Shown here in pieces: positions 50,901-63,200 of a stretch of DNA of 64,000 bases; the first letter of the stretch is position 1; each line of letters opens with the position of its first letter. The translations under genes were made by a program, and so were the position numbers. A model generated the notes under the pieces. That model was not told the origin of the DNA and ran no database searches. It saw only the letters and a list, made by a program, of their open reading frames with translations. Source of the stretch: Owenia fusiformis (taxonomy: Eukaryota); assembly GCA_903813345.2 (NCBI GenBank), contig CAIIXF020000001.1:1922001-1986000 (forward strand). Reading direction: 5' to 3'.

Positions 50901-52096
50901 TATTTATGTGCAATAATACTCTATGATAAATTGGAGATATATTTTTCTTAAATCCATGAGAATCTTGCTGAATCTTTTAATCCTCGACAGCAGTGATTCT
51001 GTGGTATTGTCTTGTATTGCCAGTCTATCCTAGTGCCAAGGTTGAATAGGGCTCCTATGGGAAGAGAGGTTGTAGGGTACCATGCCTCACCAGCTTCTAA
51101 CAAGAGTACACTGGTGTGGGGATCCTCTGACAATCTGTTAGCTATGACTGCTCCGGCTGAACCACCTCCAACTGAAACATACGAGGGGCGAAGAAAATAT
51201 AGAAAGTAATCTTTCGTAAAGGTTTATCCCGGAGGTTCAATGTGTACAAAATTCAGCGAGGGTCATAGGCTGAACCTTCAGATATCCATCTGTTCCCATA
51301 CTAATTTGTCAAATTTTGATGTGTTTCCATACCAACCAATATAACGCCCAAAGCCATACCAAATGTAAGACCAATGCCATACCAAATGTTTAAATGTAGG
51401 ACCAATGCCATACCAAATGTTTAAATATAGGACCAATGCCATACCAATGCTATGATTGGTCAAAAGTAGAATATTTTTGGGGAAAAAACTAATATTTAAA
51501 CTGAAGCACCCTAGCGATCTTTGAGGAAAACGTTCCAAAACAACCTCAAATTCAGGATATGTGTAACTATGCACACCATCCCGGCCTCTCCCTTTTCTAA
51601 TATATCTCCAAATTGCTCAAACACAGTATGCAACCAATTAACATACTACAAAATTAAGAGTTCATTTTAGAGGGTAACCAACCCCCCCACCACCCGAACC
51701 TTAACTACTGTTGATTTACGCTGCAAAATGACCAGTTTATTCATTTTCATAAAAACTGCACCCCAGCTACCCCTTGAAGAAAAGTGTCTGACGGCCCTGA
51801 TGCTTGAATAACTATAACAGATATCTAGGTTACAGTAACTTAAAACAGTCAAAATAGTTCATAGAGATATTGTTTACAATCTTACTACCTCACTACTAGA
51901 TACATGTGACCTTCACTTTGTGAAAAAGATATGCATATATACTATTCAATGTTAAAATGAAATTAAGCTTACCTATTACATAGTCATATTCCTCATCCAG
52001 AACATCTCTTATCATAGAATCAATGTCTAAATTATCCTTTGTGAAATACAAATACACAGCTACAAGTGCAATGAAAGCTGAGAGTTTCTGCAGCAT
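41901..52096 (-). CDS. GMC oxidoreductase (glucose/choline/alcohol dehydrogenase-like flavoprotein), 595 aa, 11 exons
   Basis: Exons 52096-51973, 51171-50969, 48888-48699, 48439-48308, 47518-47394, 46019-45852, 44740-44590, 44426-44278, 44108-43925, 43672-43447, 42036-41901. Motifs: [99 protein letters not shown]. Confidence 0.95.
42086..42490 (+). mobile_element. HINE-like element in the last GMC intron
   Basis: TTATCCCACCAAACGAAGTT...GGGATA hairpin start, (CCAT/CCGT)n, body shared with 1890-2158. Confidence 0.65.
44785..45190. mobile_element. hAT-like MITE with 5-bp TSD
   Basis: Perfect 15-bp TIR CAGTGGCGGATCCAG; TSD CTTAT. Confidence 0.85.
46595..47142 (-). mobile_element. TRIM (miniature LTR retrotransposon) with tRNA-derived LTRs
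   Basis: LTRs 46942-47142 and 46595-46819 (TGTAACGACCC...GGTCATTACA); primer-binding site TGGTGTCAGAAGTGGGAT; polypurine tract AAAGGGGGAGATAG; 122-bp internal part; 4-bp TSD ATAA. Confidence 0.9.
46691..46766 (-). pseudogene. tRNA-Lys(UUU)-derived segment inside the LTR
   Basis: GCCTTTATAGCTCAGTCGGTAGAGCATCAGACTTCTGAGGGTC...GGTTCAATTCCC. A and B boxes are present; the anticodon loop is deleted. Confidence 0.8.
49303..50900 (+). mobile_element. HINE/DINE-like element carrying a 10-copy satellite
   Basis: Subterminal IR ATGTCACCACC / GGTGGTGACAT; (GGCGTCCGGCGGTT)n near the 5' end; 10 units of about 125-180 bp (CATCTACATGTTCTCAG...TGACCTT...) at about 49490-50870. Confidence 0.8.
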
Positions 52097-52228
52097 GTTT
52101 CATACTTGAGCTTACTCGAGCAAAGTATAAAGTCCTCAAAGTGCACTCCTTAAAGGCCCCATATCAAGTTTAAACCACCTTGGCTTATATTGTAGTCTAA
52201 CCCAATGTTACCAAAATGTGATATGTGA

Positions 52229-53461
52229 GGGGTCAACCCAGTTGTCCGAAACCCAGTTGTCCGAAACCCAGTTTTCCGAAACCCAGTTGTCCGAAACCCA
52301 GTTCTCCGAAACCCAGTTGTCCGAAAATTAGGGGATCTTATTTGAAAAATACAATTTTTTTAAACGAATCTCGTTGTCGCAACCTCTGCGAATCACAACA
52401 TAACATTGGAATAACGTTGACATCATTGCAAAATTAGGCTAAATATGCGAAGTCAAGAAGTTAATTGTTTAAATGTTTAGCCTATGAAAGTTCATATACA
52501 GGTGATATAGATGTTCAAACAAACAAAGTTAAATTATGTTATTCTCATTGTAAAATGGCGTTTACACAACATACATAGATAGGGGTCTACAATTTTTAAA
52601 CCAATTTTCTTTATGGCCCATGGGCCTTTTTTGAGAGGAAACAACATTTTTCCAATGGGTGATGAGCGTTCATAAAAGGAAAAATAGCTTTCCCAAGCCA
52701 GTGGGTATTTATTTAGTAAAGTTGACATGTACATCTTTTGAAACCAAAACTTATTCTTCATTTACGTACTCTGTTCGAGAAATAGAGATTAAAAGGATGA
52801 AGTGAGTACATGGCGAAAATGAAACTTCTTGCGAATGGGAGAACATCCATTTTGATACGAGGACAGCCTGCCTTCGTTTCCAGTTGATCCCAAGTGATTA
52901 AGTTAAGAATGTTTTGTTCTTTTACGATTTGATAAAATACAGAGACTAAGAAATTAAATGCGACGAAATATTTTGACAACGTAATATGTATACTGTTTTA
53001 TTCTTAAAGTACTATATGCGTAAGCCTAAACTTATTTTATCTGTTTCAAAATGATTCATTTTATTTTGCCTATATAAAAGAGATTGAAGAAGATAAGATA
53101 AACTGTTCCGTAATATATATTGTGTTTTGATAACCTTTTTTTAGAATCACAATGTAAAATAAATCCCCCGTTCCTGCCATTCTGGTAACGCGTGCAATGG
53201 ATGCAATTCAAAGTGAGAGAGAGATCTATGAACATCAGAATGCGTCCATGCCATTAATTTGGCCAAATACATGGCATGAAACTGGCCTAAGCTTAGTACG
53301 GTTCCCCTTTCTCTGGTAAATTATGACTATATTTTTCGGAGTAATGGGTTTCGGACAAGTGGGTTTCGGACAACTGGGTTTCGGACAACTGGGTTTCGGA
53401 CAACTGGGTTTCGGACAACTGGGTTTCGGAGAACTGGGTTTCGAACAACTGGGGTGCACCC
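52229..53461. mobile_element. Foldback/Mutator-like element with tandem-repeat arms
   Basis: 9-bp TSD GATATGTGA (52220-52228, 53462-53470); arms built of 15-bp ACCCAGTTGTCCGAA units (6 on the left, about 7-8 on the right, inverted). Confidence 0.85.
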
Positions 53462-53914
53462 GATATGTGAAACGTTTTTTTAATTTTTTTTAATTTTCAA
53501 AAAGTGGTTTTTAAAGGACTTTTGTTCAAAAAATCATGAATTTATTTAAAACTAAATTTTATAGCTCAACATCTTTTAGTTTACTTCCTGCCAAAGCTAT
53601 GTGGATTTTGGTATAAAAGCTTTCCCACGGTGCACTGAACATTTGAATAATTGTGAACTTTAAAACATGAATAATGAGATCAGCGGCTTACTTTTGGTCT
53701 CTAACTGTGTCTTACATCAGTATCATCAATCCGTGCAAGTATTGGAGCACTGAAATACTTCTTTTTCGATCAAGACTTGTAGGCTTTGTATAAAAAACCT
53801 CCTACCTCATACCCACCTACCCACGTACGTTGGACATGATACAGTCTTTGAAGGGGTCAATTTTAAGGATCTTAGTTTATTAAATCTTAGTTTATGATGA
53901 ATTATGGATGCATT

Positions 53915-54081
53915 TGTAACGACCCTTGATAGCAAGTTGCTACTACAGGCAAGCTGGGTTAGATTCCCACTCGGGGCATCGAATTTAGCACACTTTCTTT
54001 CAATTTCTTTATCTGGCTTGTTGGACCTATGCTCTCGGTCGTTAGTTGGTTATTCCCCTGGGGCGCCCTCGGGTCATTGCA
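53915..54081 (+). mobile_element. Solo LTR of the tRNA-bearing TRIM family
   Basis: TGTAACGACCCTTGATAGCAAGTTGC...GGGTCATTGCA; 4-bp TSD CATT; 5' half of the tRNA part missing. Confidence 0.85.
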
Positions 54082-56440
54082 CATTACAATGCACCCATAT
54101 GCCTTTATTTATGGATCTGTCATCCGTCCGTTTTGACTCATTTCCAATATGTCCGAGCAGAAAACGCCATATTGGAATTTGGCAGAAAAAACATTCACTC
54201 GACTAACAATTACTATACCTGGTTTTTATTGATTGTCATTATTTTAATTAGGAGGTTACTGATGTTATGTAATCTATTAACAAAACATCCACAAAACACT
54301 AATTACCAGTTTCTATTCTTGTGATGTCTCAGGACCTTTAGTCTTGTATTCATACTAGAGTTCTCTATGCTAATTGCCAACATGTAAGAGAAGATACAAG
54401 GTTCTTTTATAACAAAATATTACACAAATTATATTACAAAATTATGAATAGAAGTACTTTTCAATATGTGATTGTTGTTTTATTTAATTTTATTAAGGGA
54501 GGAATTCAGATGTGAGTCACAATAAATCGATACTTTATTTTTCAATATTTTTTGAAAAGTGAAGTGATGTTTATCTGCCTGATGTGTTACCCCCATTGGA
54601 GAAAATAGAACACATGTGTTTGATGTACGGTAAAACCCATCTAATCTTACCTTCGTCTAAGGCTTCCACTGTATTCCAGTCTTACGCGAACCACAAATGC
54701 CTGCATGTTTTATTCTGCCGTATATGAGTCACGTCACGATCACAGAATTTGAAATCAAACCAGCCACCATTTTTTCACTTCACAATTTGAATTGTGAGTT
54801 TTGGTCTTATTACTTCACAAAAAATTTCAATACACAAGAAGTGATCACTATATTAATTCATAGACTATTCTTACAACAATTTTAAGAATATTTTTCAAAT
54901 TAAATTTTTTGTCTAAGGGAAAATTTTTCATAAGTTTACGGTGTTTCATTTGCCATGAAGTCTAGCCAAGTAATTTGGCTAGAGACCCAAGTAAGTCCAA
55001 TCAGATCACCAATGGATCAGCCAAAAGTGTTCAGGTTAACAGGTTTTCATAAAAAATGGGACTGAAAAAAGCATTCACGTTGAGAGCCTGAGGTCTTCAT
55101 ATTAGAGATATGGTCATCACCCCAAGGGGGTACTCCCATATATTTGCCATATGGGGACATGCCGCAAAAGTTTTACAGAAAAATCCCTAGATGTGGTTCC
55201 ATTTTGAGAAAAATCTCTAGAACTGGGTTTACTTTTTAAAAATTTGAAATTTAGTATTGTTCTTGAAAAGAAATCGCTGGAAGTAGGTCTTGTTTTTTAA
55301 AAATTACCTAAAGTGTCTCACATATTCGATCAAAATTTGCCATGCAAACATGTTAGTCTACTTTACTGGCCCCCCTTGCTGTAACAAGGAACCCAAAACA
55401 CATTAAAACGTAAACATAAACCAATTAGTCACTTCACTATGAAAGTGGGGGTGTTAGCAAATGTAATGTGTATTAGCAGAATACGCTGTGTGCATGGACT
55501 AACACAATATCAGTGGTCATTTACTGTATCAACTTAGTAACCCTTGCATATCGTGCTCACTCAAGTATTGAACAATTTTTTTATGATCTAAATGTTTGTT
55601 GTTTATAAAAAATGTGATAAATTTTAGTTAGAAATACATTAATTAATATATTTATTCAAACAGCACTAGAATGCGGGAAGAAAGAGCAATGGTGACAAAA
55701 TGCAGACAGAATTTTCCGTAAGGGTTTCAAACATTTCTGAACACAATCATACATGTACTTCTGTACTGTTATTTTTAGTGCTGTATTTATAGATATAATT
55801 TCACGTATTAAACTCATTTTTTGCAGCAATGACTTTAAATTCGGAACCACACCCATATCACATTTTCTTCAATAACTCCAAACATGTGTAAACATTGACC
55901 ATGTGCATATAAATTCAGATTTCACGAGCTCTTTCCTATTCGAGTACCTCATACACCCCTGCATGGATTTGAGTTGGATTCGCCTTTTATACGTGAGCCG
56001 ACACACTCGGAAACGCTGATTGGATAAAGATTGCGAGAATCTTTAAAGTAGGTCTATTTTTGAAAGAAAACCTTTTATATATAATTATGTAGGGCCATTT
56101 TTAGAGGAAAAATCCCTAGATATGGGTGGATATTAGTCACACACTATACTTAAATTGGTTAAACATAACATATATATTAATTTTAATGCACGTGAGTTTG
56201 ATTTCATTCGAATAAGCTATTATTAAAGGATTAACAAAACCACAAAATGCAATAACATTTTTCTTCCTTTTTTGAAAAAATAGAAAAATGACTAGTACTG
56301 TCAAAGATACTATATACATAATGGCACATAAAAGAAAATGCAGATTATTGTTAATTATTGATAAATATATATTGTGCTCTACTTTTACAATTAACATGCT
56401 GTGTCTCTGTGTGTTTATATGCAGAAACAGAATATAACAA

Positions 56441-57700
56441 GGAATGTTATAAAAACCCTTCGACCTTCGACCTGCACCTTCGACCTTCACCTTCGACTTA
56501 CAGGGTGTCCAAAAAGAAAATATTATAGAAGCTATTTTTGCCGATCTCAGACCACGCAAGAGTCACTTGATTTGTGGTTCACAGGTGAGATCATTAAGAT
56601 CTTAAATTGTGGCAACGTTTGCAGTACTCTAAGTTTAGTTACAGGGGTGAAATACAGGCCTGTCAACTTGGGAACACCTAACATGAGTGACTTGGAAATG
56701 TTGAACACCTCCCCTCAAAATGTGGACACCTTGGTCCAAATCTGAACACCTTGATCCAAAAATTTGAACACCTTGGTTTAAATCTTATTACATCTTGCCA
56801 AATTTTGAACACCTCAAATTTTTCGCGCTCGCTACGCTCACGTTTCAAATAACCGTCAACGGGGGGGGGGGGGGGGGGGGGGGGGTAGGTACGAAAAATT
56901 TCGAACGGATTGCGTGACAAATACGTAATTCGCGTGAAAAGTCCGAACGAAATGCGTACAATTTTTTTCCGCGTTCGTATTTTTCCTGTGAAGACGAACT
57001 TTTTTAGAAATTTTTCTACAGCAATAATTTTGCTTGACAATTACCAGGTAAAATGCGTATTTGCGTGACATTTTCTGTCACGCAAAAATAACTGGCGTGA
57101 CTTCAAATTCTTCAGCAAATGCGTGACAAATACGCAAATTGCGGGACAGTTGACAGGCCTGGAAATAGCGTTTTCATGTTATCAAATTAAGAATTAGTTT
57201 ATGTTGATCGGGTAGTCAATCGGGTAGTTTAAATGGAAGGTTCCCTTTTTAGAACTTACTTCCTGGTTTTGATTCGATTGAATCGAAGTAAAATTAGAGT
57301 AAGTAGCGATCAATTACTGTTCTATTTATTGAGTTCCAATTATAGTCTTGTTGTGTGATCAATATTAAAACGGGATATGGCGTCAATAACTTGTTATTTA
57401 ACTTTGAAATCTTGTCCGAAAAGTGATGACGTCACCAGGCCTATAAAGTATTTCGCCGATGTAAACTCAAGAGGTGACAGCTAGCTTTCGACGAGGACAG
57501 AGCTCCGTTCAATTTCATAATCTATGTGAAGTTGGACTTTCAAAGAAATATTTTTGGACTTTGACAATTTTCATAAGAAAAGTGGTGCAGGTCGAAGGGT
57601 TTTTATAACTTTCTTTTTGGCCCGCTTTTTGGGCACCCTGTAGGTCGAAGCTGAAGGTCGAAGGTGCAGGTCGAAGGTCGAAGGGTTTTTATAACATTCC
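56441..57700. mobile_element. Mutator-like non-autonomous element
   Basis: 9-bp TSD ATATAACAA; TIRs of about 75 bp, GGAATGTTATAAAAACCCTTCGACCTTCGACC. Confidence 0.85.
56655..57161. mobile_element. hAT-like MITE with 6-bp TSD, nested in the Mutator-like element
   Basis: TIR CAGGCCTGTCAACT; TSD GAAATA (56649-56654, 57162-57167). Confidence 0.8.
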
Positions 57701-60077
57701 ATATAACAAGGTAAAAAAGGTTATTTGCATCACTCAACACCCTATTAATACTGAAGCTGGTGTTGATTATATTTTTCGTCAGAGGAATTATATAATCCTT
57801 TACATGCAAGAAAATTATATTATCTTGTTACCATGGTGATGTCTGCTTAATTAGGGCTAGTTGTTTTTCTCGTTTTTAATGAAAAGGGTTACTGCCATAA
57901 GATTATATAACCTCTCAGATCAGAATCTATAATGAGTATCTTCTGATAGCATATTGGAAAAAGGTTTGGATCATACTGGTCAGGTAACATATTACAAGCT
58001 TCTTGATATTTTTTCATATATTTTTTGATTTAGTAGATAAATTATTTTTTTTCATGTAGGTTTAAATTGTGGGTTTTACTCCTAATGTCTTAACTTATAA
58101 GAAGAACACTACATTAAATAAGTAGATATGAACTCATTCTTTATCATGGTATACATTATAACATGACTATTTCATTTATATGCAGTTTAATATATGTAGT
58201 TATATGATGTGTATCTCACCTGCATGCCAAATTATAATTAAAAAACATTAATGAAGTAACCCCTATATGTGTTAAAATGAGCAATTTTGCATACCTTTAC
58301 CTTGTTGTGTTATTATTGAGAAGCAGGATGTTGACTTCAAGAGCCAAAGTAAAAACTTGATGTTTATAATTAACGGACATTTATCTGAAAATAATTAACG
58401 GACATTTATCCAAAAATAGACATAAAAACAGATAACGCATCTTCAAAATATATCATCAAATCTGAATGGTGAGTACTTTCCTATTCATTAAGCGTATTAA
58501 TTTCAATGTAGCGATAATCACATGGAAAATGAGACCTTCTGTCACCTTTCTAACCTTTGCATTGTTTCGGCTGACCTATTCAACAATAGCTACATACAGC
58601 AGGTCAGTGCAGTTTGTGTAAGGCATGCTTTACTTTGTGTAGTGTTTTATAAAGTCCTCAATGGATGTTAAGCTCTGATCGTGTATCTGATATCTTTAGG
58701 AATTAATTTAGCAAATATGGGACAATAGTATAAAAGACCAATGGAAAAAGATGAGATGATAAATCTACCTTTTGACCTCGTAAATGAGCTCAATGATATT
58801 TTATTTGATTGTGATTTAAAGATCATTTCATTTTTACTAAAACTTTTAGATTCTATCGTTTTCATGCATGTGATCAATATCTGACAAATGTTTCATAAAT
58901 GATAATTAGAAATCAAGAAAATTCTCCTATTTTCGACAATTATTTACTTAATAATTCACTGGTACTTTGAAGTAAATAGATGCATAATACACTAGAGTAA
59001 GCCACAACTATGTCATTTTTTATTGATTTTTCTGTATACCAGCTCTCATATCAAATATTTATCTCTAGTTGCACAATATTTTAAGTATCATATTTCTGAC
59101 AGTGTAATAATTTTAGATAAATGAAAATAATATTATTGAACTATTGCTTCAAATATTTCTGAATGTAAAAATAGATGGCATCTTATACAGTTTTCATATC
59201 TCATTGTGAAACAATCTGCTGAACGAAAATATTACAGCGCATGTGTCTTCATGGTAACTGCTACTCTCATAGATTTTTGTGACTTTTTAATGGCATCACA
59301 AAACCATACCTTTGTAGTATATTAGTTCCAGTCTTTGCCATAATCCATAACTTTCACTTACTTTATTCTCGTTGAACCATAACTAGTTTTTATAGTTGAT
59401 ATTGCTCTAGGCACACTTTTGAAGTCATTATTACAGGCCTCTCGAATTCTAATTAAAAATTATAGAGTTGTAAAGAATTAGTTACCGAGACATATAGTCT
59501 CGTGCCGCTAGGATCTTGATAAAGTTTTGTGGCCAGAAAGTAATTATTAGTGGTCAGAAAAGGGTCAAATTTGGCATAAAAAAGATATTATGTGGCTTTT
59601 AAAAAGGCACTAAAATGCCACATGTTTCACTCTCAGGGACCACAAAAAGTTATTACAGCTTGATTCATTGATTCAAGTCTTGCATGAATACTCTGAACCA
59701 GCCCCCCCCCCCCCCCCCCCCCCCCCTACTCCAGCCTATCTGCTTCACTTTGCATAGGGGCAGGGGGTTCACAAGGCGTGATGCAAGGTTTCATTGATGT
59801 AGGATTTTTAAGATGGTATGTCATCCTGATAACTTGTGATTGTCCAGGCAAACTAATTACGAGATGCATTTCAGTTTTGTGCAAGAGAATCTTCCGGGTA
59901 TAAAGATACCCGGTTAGTTCTTAGGATGCTATAGGTTTTTTTCAATTGTATCGCCACCTTCCACTGGGTCTAAAGAGGTTTCAGCAACTGAAACATTGTG
60001 AAAAGGATGTTGCTATCGAGGGATATTGATCACTGCAATTTGTTTTATTTTACTATTTGGAAAATCCATTTATTGCA

Positions 60078-60295
60078 CAGGCACGTAGCCAGGATTTGCC
60101 AAGGGGGGTTCATTTTTCAAAAAATTTCCAGGGGGGGTTCACATTTGACATTTTTGGCCCAAATATGGCTAAAATCACTTGAGAAGTGCTCAAAATGGTG
60201 AATAACTGCATGATTTGAAAGAATTTTTGGCCAGGGGGGGTTCGCCCGAACCCTGCGAACCCGAACCCTGCGAACCCCCTCTGGCTACGGGCCTG
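60078..60295. mobile_element. hAT-like MITE with 5-bp TSD
   Basis: TIR CAGGC(A/C)CGTAGCCAG; TSD TTGCA; partial relative at about 48563. Confidence 0.8.
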
Positions 60296-63200
60296 TTGCA
60301 GATCAGCTTTAGTTTCTGTATTCATCTGCTGTATCAACATATTTTGTTTATTTAGGAAAATTTCAACAATTATCACTAGACCATAAAACATTAGTGATAT
60401 ATGTGCATTATATTTAATTAAAGTATGTTTATAATTGAAAATATACAAATTTATGTTTCATATACATTTTATAGAAGTATCCTCGTAATGTTTACCAGTT
60501 TATTATCATTGGTCAAACAATTTTATGACAACTACTTATGTTAAGGTACATACCATCCAAATCAAGGGAATAAAGATATTGTTGACGAACATTTTTATAA
60601 AACAGTGTTCCTTATAATTTCTCAAGTTTGTTCCAATTCTTATCTTATTTTTATTTTCACAATTAATCCTGGGTATGAATAGATTTTCAAATGGGTGCAT
60701 ACCTTTTTTCTGAATCTCAAGTGGGTTGATTAAATACTGAGATTTCTGTTTTGTTTGTAGGATCAAGTCCAAACGGAAAATATCATTTACCTCTTTTACA
60801 TATTAATTTGTCAGTGAATAAATGATTTTGATGATTTTTTAAAACAAGATATAAAAATATGCTTGGTCAGTAGTGCCTGGTGACCCTTGGCATTTGCATG
60901 CTTTCTCGCTATAATTCTACGGCTAAACAAATGCAATAATGGAAAGCTAGTCTTTATCAAATGTATATGCGATCATTAAAAATATTAAGTGGAAAGTCTA
61001 GCAAATAAAATAGACAGATTTTAATGTTTTGCTGACATTTGAGGCAAACTTGCTCAATTAAAATTGGTCAATTTTGCGATTGGGTTTCAGTGATTTATGC
61101 TGATAAAGGATCGAGCATGTCGGTCTGAGAGTCCCATTTAACCTTTTTAATTTCGAAATTAAAATTAGAATCATCTAATATGTGGTAAAATCTTTCAATT
61201 TAAAATTATATCTGCGTGGCTATGAGTGTGTGGAAAGTTTTCACATATCGAAAAGAACAAAAGAAATGACTTAACACTTGATTTGTGGTTTTTGAGTTCC
61301 CGCAAGATTATCATTTTTAATGAATAATTTGATAAAAGAAAGTACAACAATTAGATTTATGACATTTTAACAGCATGAAGCTGCAATAGGCAAGTCATGT
61401 TTTATCTCAGTTTTGAATCTTTTTTGAATTTTAACGAACATTTAATATTTCCAAAGACGCTTGACTTTGGTATATTTTGATAGCATATTCCAATGCCGGC
61501 AAATATTATTGTATACATGTTAAAAGTAACGTCTGCCAGTAATCATGAATAACCACATAGTAATCATGACCAACCACAAGTGTCAATTTAGCATTAGGTA
61601 TGGGTTTGGGTGAGTGACAGGGTATATAAAACACAATTGAAATTCACCAGTGGAGCAATACTCTCATTGCAAAAATCAATCAAATTAATTTTGATATTTT
61701 AAAAGTTTGCTCAACAGTTCACATGAAACTGGCCAGCATATTAGGCATAACAGCAGGGCAACTTTTTGGAAAGAAAACCTATCTACCACATTGACCACTA
61801 ATAGGCCATGTTGGAATTACTCTTTTAGGCAATGTTATACCTCCAGTGAAAACAACCTAAAGAAATTAGAAAAAGTCATGGGAAGTTACCATTCTTAAAT
61901 GGTAAAAGTGCTATTTGTCCTTAAAATATTGATAAAAATCTGTTATTTTTGAGCATTTGTTGCTGGAGAAAATTGGGGCAATTTGTTACTTTAGGTTTTT
62001 GTGGTTTGCCTTCTTTTATGTTTGAAACAGTTAAGATCTTCATCTCTTTTTGTTTATCGTGAATTTTAAATTACTAAAACCATTAAACACTTCTGGTCAG
62101 TTTTTCAAGTTGAAGAAAACAAAAACAACAAATATGATTCTCTGTCAGTTATTTCCAAAAACTAAAACCAAATATTTTTTTTATTTTTTACTTTCAAGAA
62201 ACATATGGTGAATTATGTAACGCAATAAATTAGTCATAAAAGTGCCATATTTCACCTTGGTTTTATTACACATAGAAAGCAATATCCCTTTTAATTTATT
62301 TGGTACCCAATGATTTTCTTGATAGGATGGAAGCAGTTTGAAATAAATCAATTAAATTACAGATTTAGATGGCCAACCAAACAAAGAATTTTTCAAAATG
62401 GGTATTTGGATCATCATATGAAAAGGAAGCGAATGCTTGATTTATTTATGTATTGTCAAAACTAACCAAGATTTATCTTCTGTGTTATTTGAATTTCGCT
62501 TTTATCATGCTGCCGCTTTGAGAAGATCATGAATGGTGAATTCATTTGGGCAGAGCTTATGCAATTTTTTGACAGCTGAAAAAATTGATGGTTTTTCTGT
62601 GCTTTTATTGGCATCATGTCAGTAACCTTTTCAACTCTACTAGCTAGAATGTCATTTTCTGTATATTCAAGGAAGAGTTTTTGTAATTGTTGACATGAGG
62701 TATATTATTTATATGTTTTAATCAAAATAATAATAAATGTTTTAGTTTCATTTTTCAGGAGTTTGAAAGAAGTTTAAAAAGATAGCACTCTTATGTGCTT
62801 TCAAAAATGAATTTAATTTACAACATATTGTTTAGTATATATATCAAATATGTGTTAATTATTTTTTATAATAATGAAGATGAATGTTTCAGGTTTTAAT
62901 ACTTTAATTTAAAAAGTAAAATGGCATAGTAAAAGGAAATGTTCCTTTCTTGTTGGAGCCAAAGAAGTGTTCATTTTAATCAAAAAAATAAATATAGATA
63001 TTTTAGATTTCAATAATTTGAAAGGAGTTAAAAACATAGTAAAATGACAGGTCCCTGTTTTGTTTGTTCCAAAGAAGTGTTCATCCCAAAATATAGGGGG
63101 CAGTTATGTTGGTTGTAATGGGATCTGAAGGGTGTTATGCAAGATTTGATCCAGGGGAAAAAAGATACCAGTCAAAGAGGTCAGAAGGGCAAGCATGATG

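Noticed and set aside
52225-53459. Two ORFs with (PKPSC)n repeats
   Set aside because: They are translations of the 15-bp repeat arms of a transposon bounded by a 9-bp TSD.
56861-59727. Long poly-G (56861-56885) and poly-C (59702-59726) runs as regulatory G-quadruplexes
   Set aside because: The poly-G lies inside a MITE, such runs are common here, and their length is error-prone in assemblies.
61620-61905. TATA-like box and an exon-like stretch faintly like an alpha-1,2-fucosyltransferase start (ASILGITA)
   Set aside because: In-frame stops and too little similarity to support a call.
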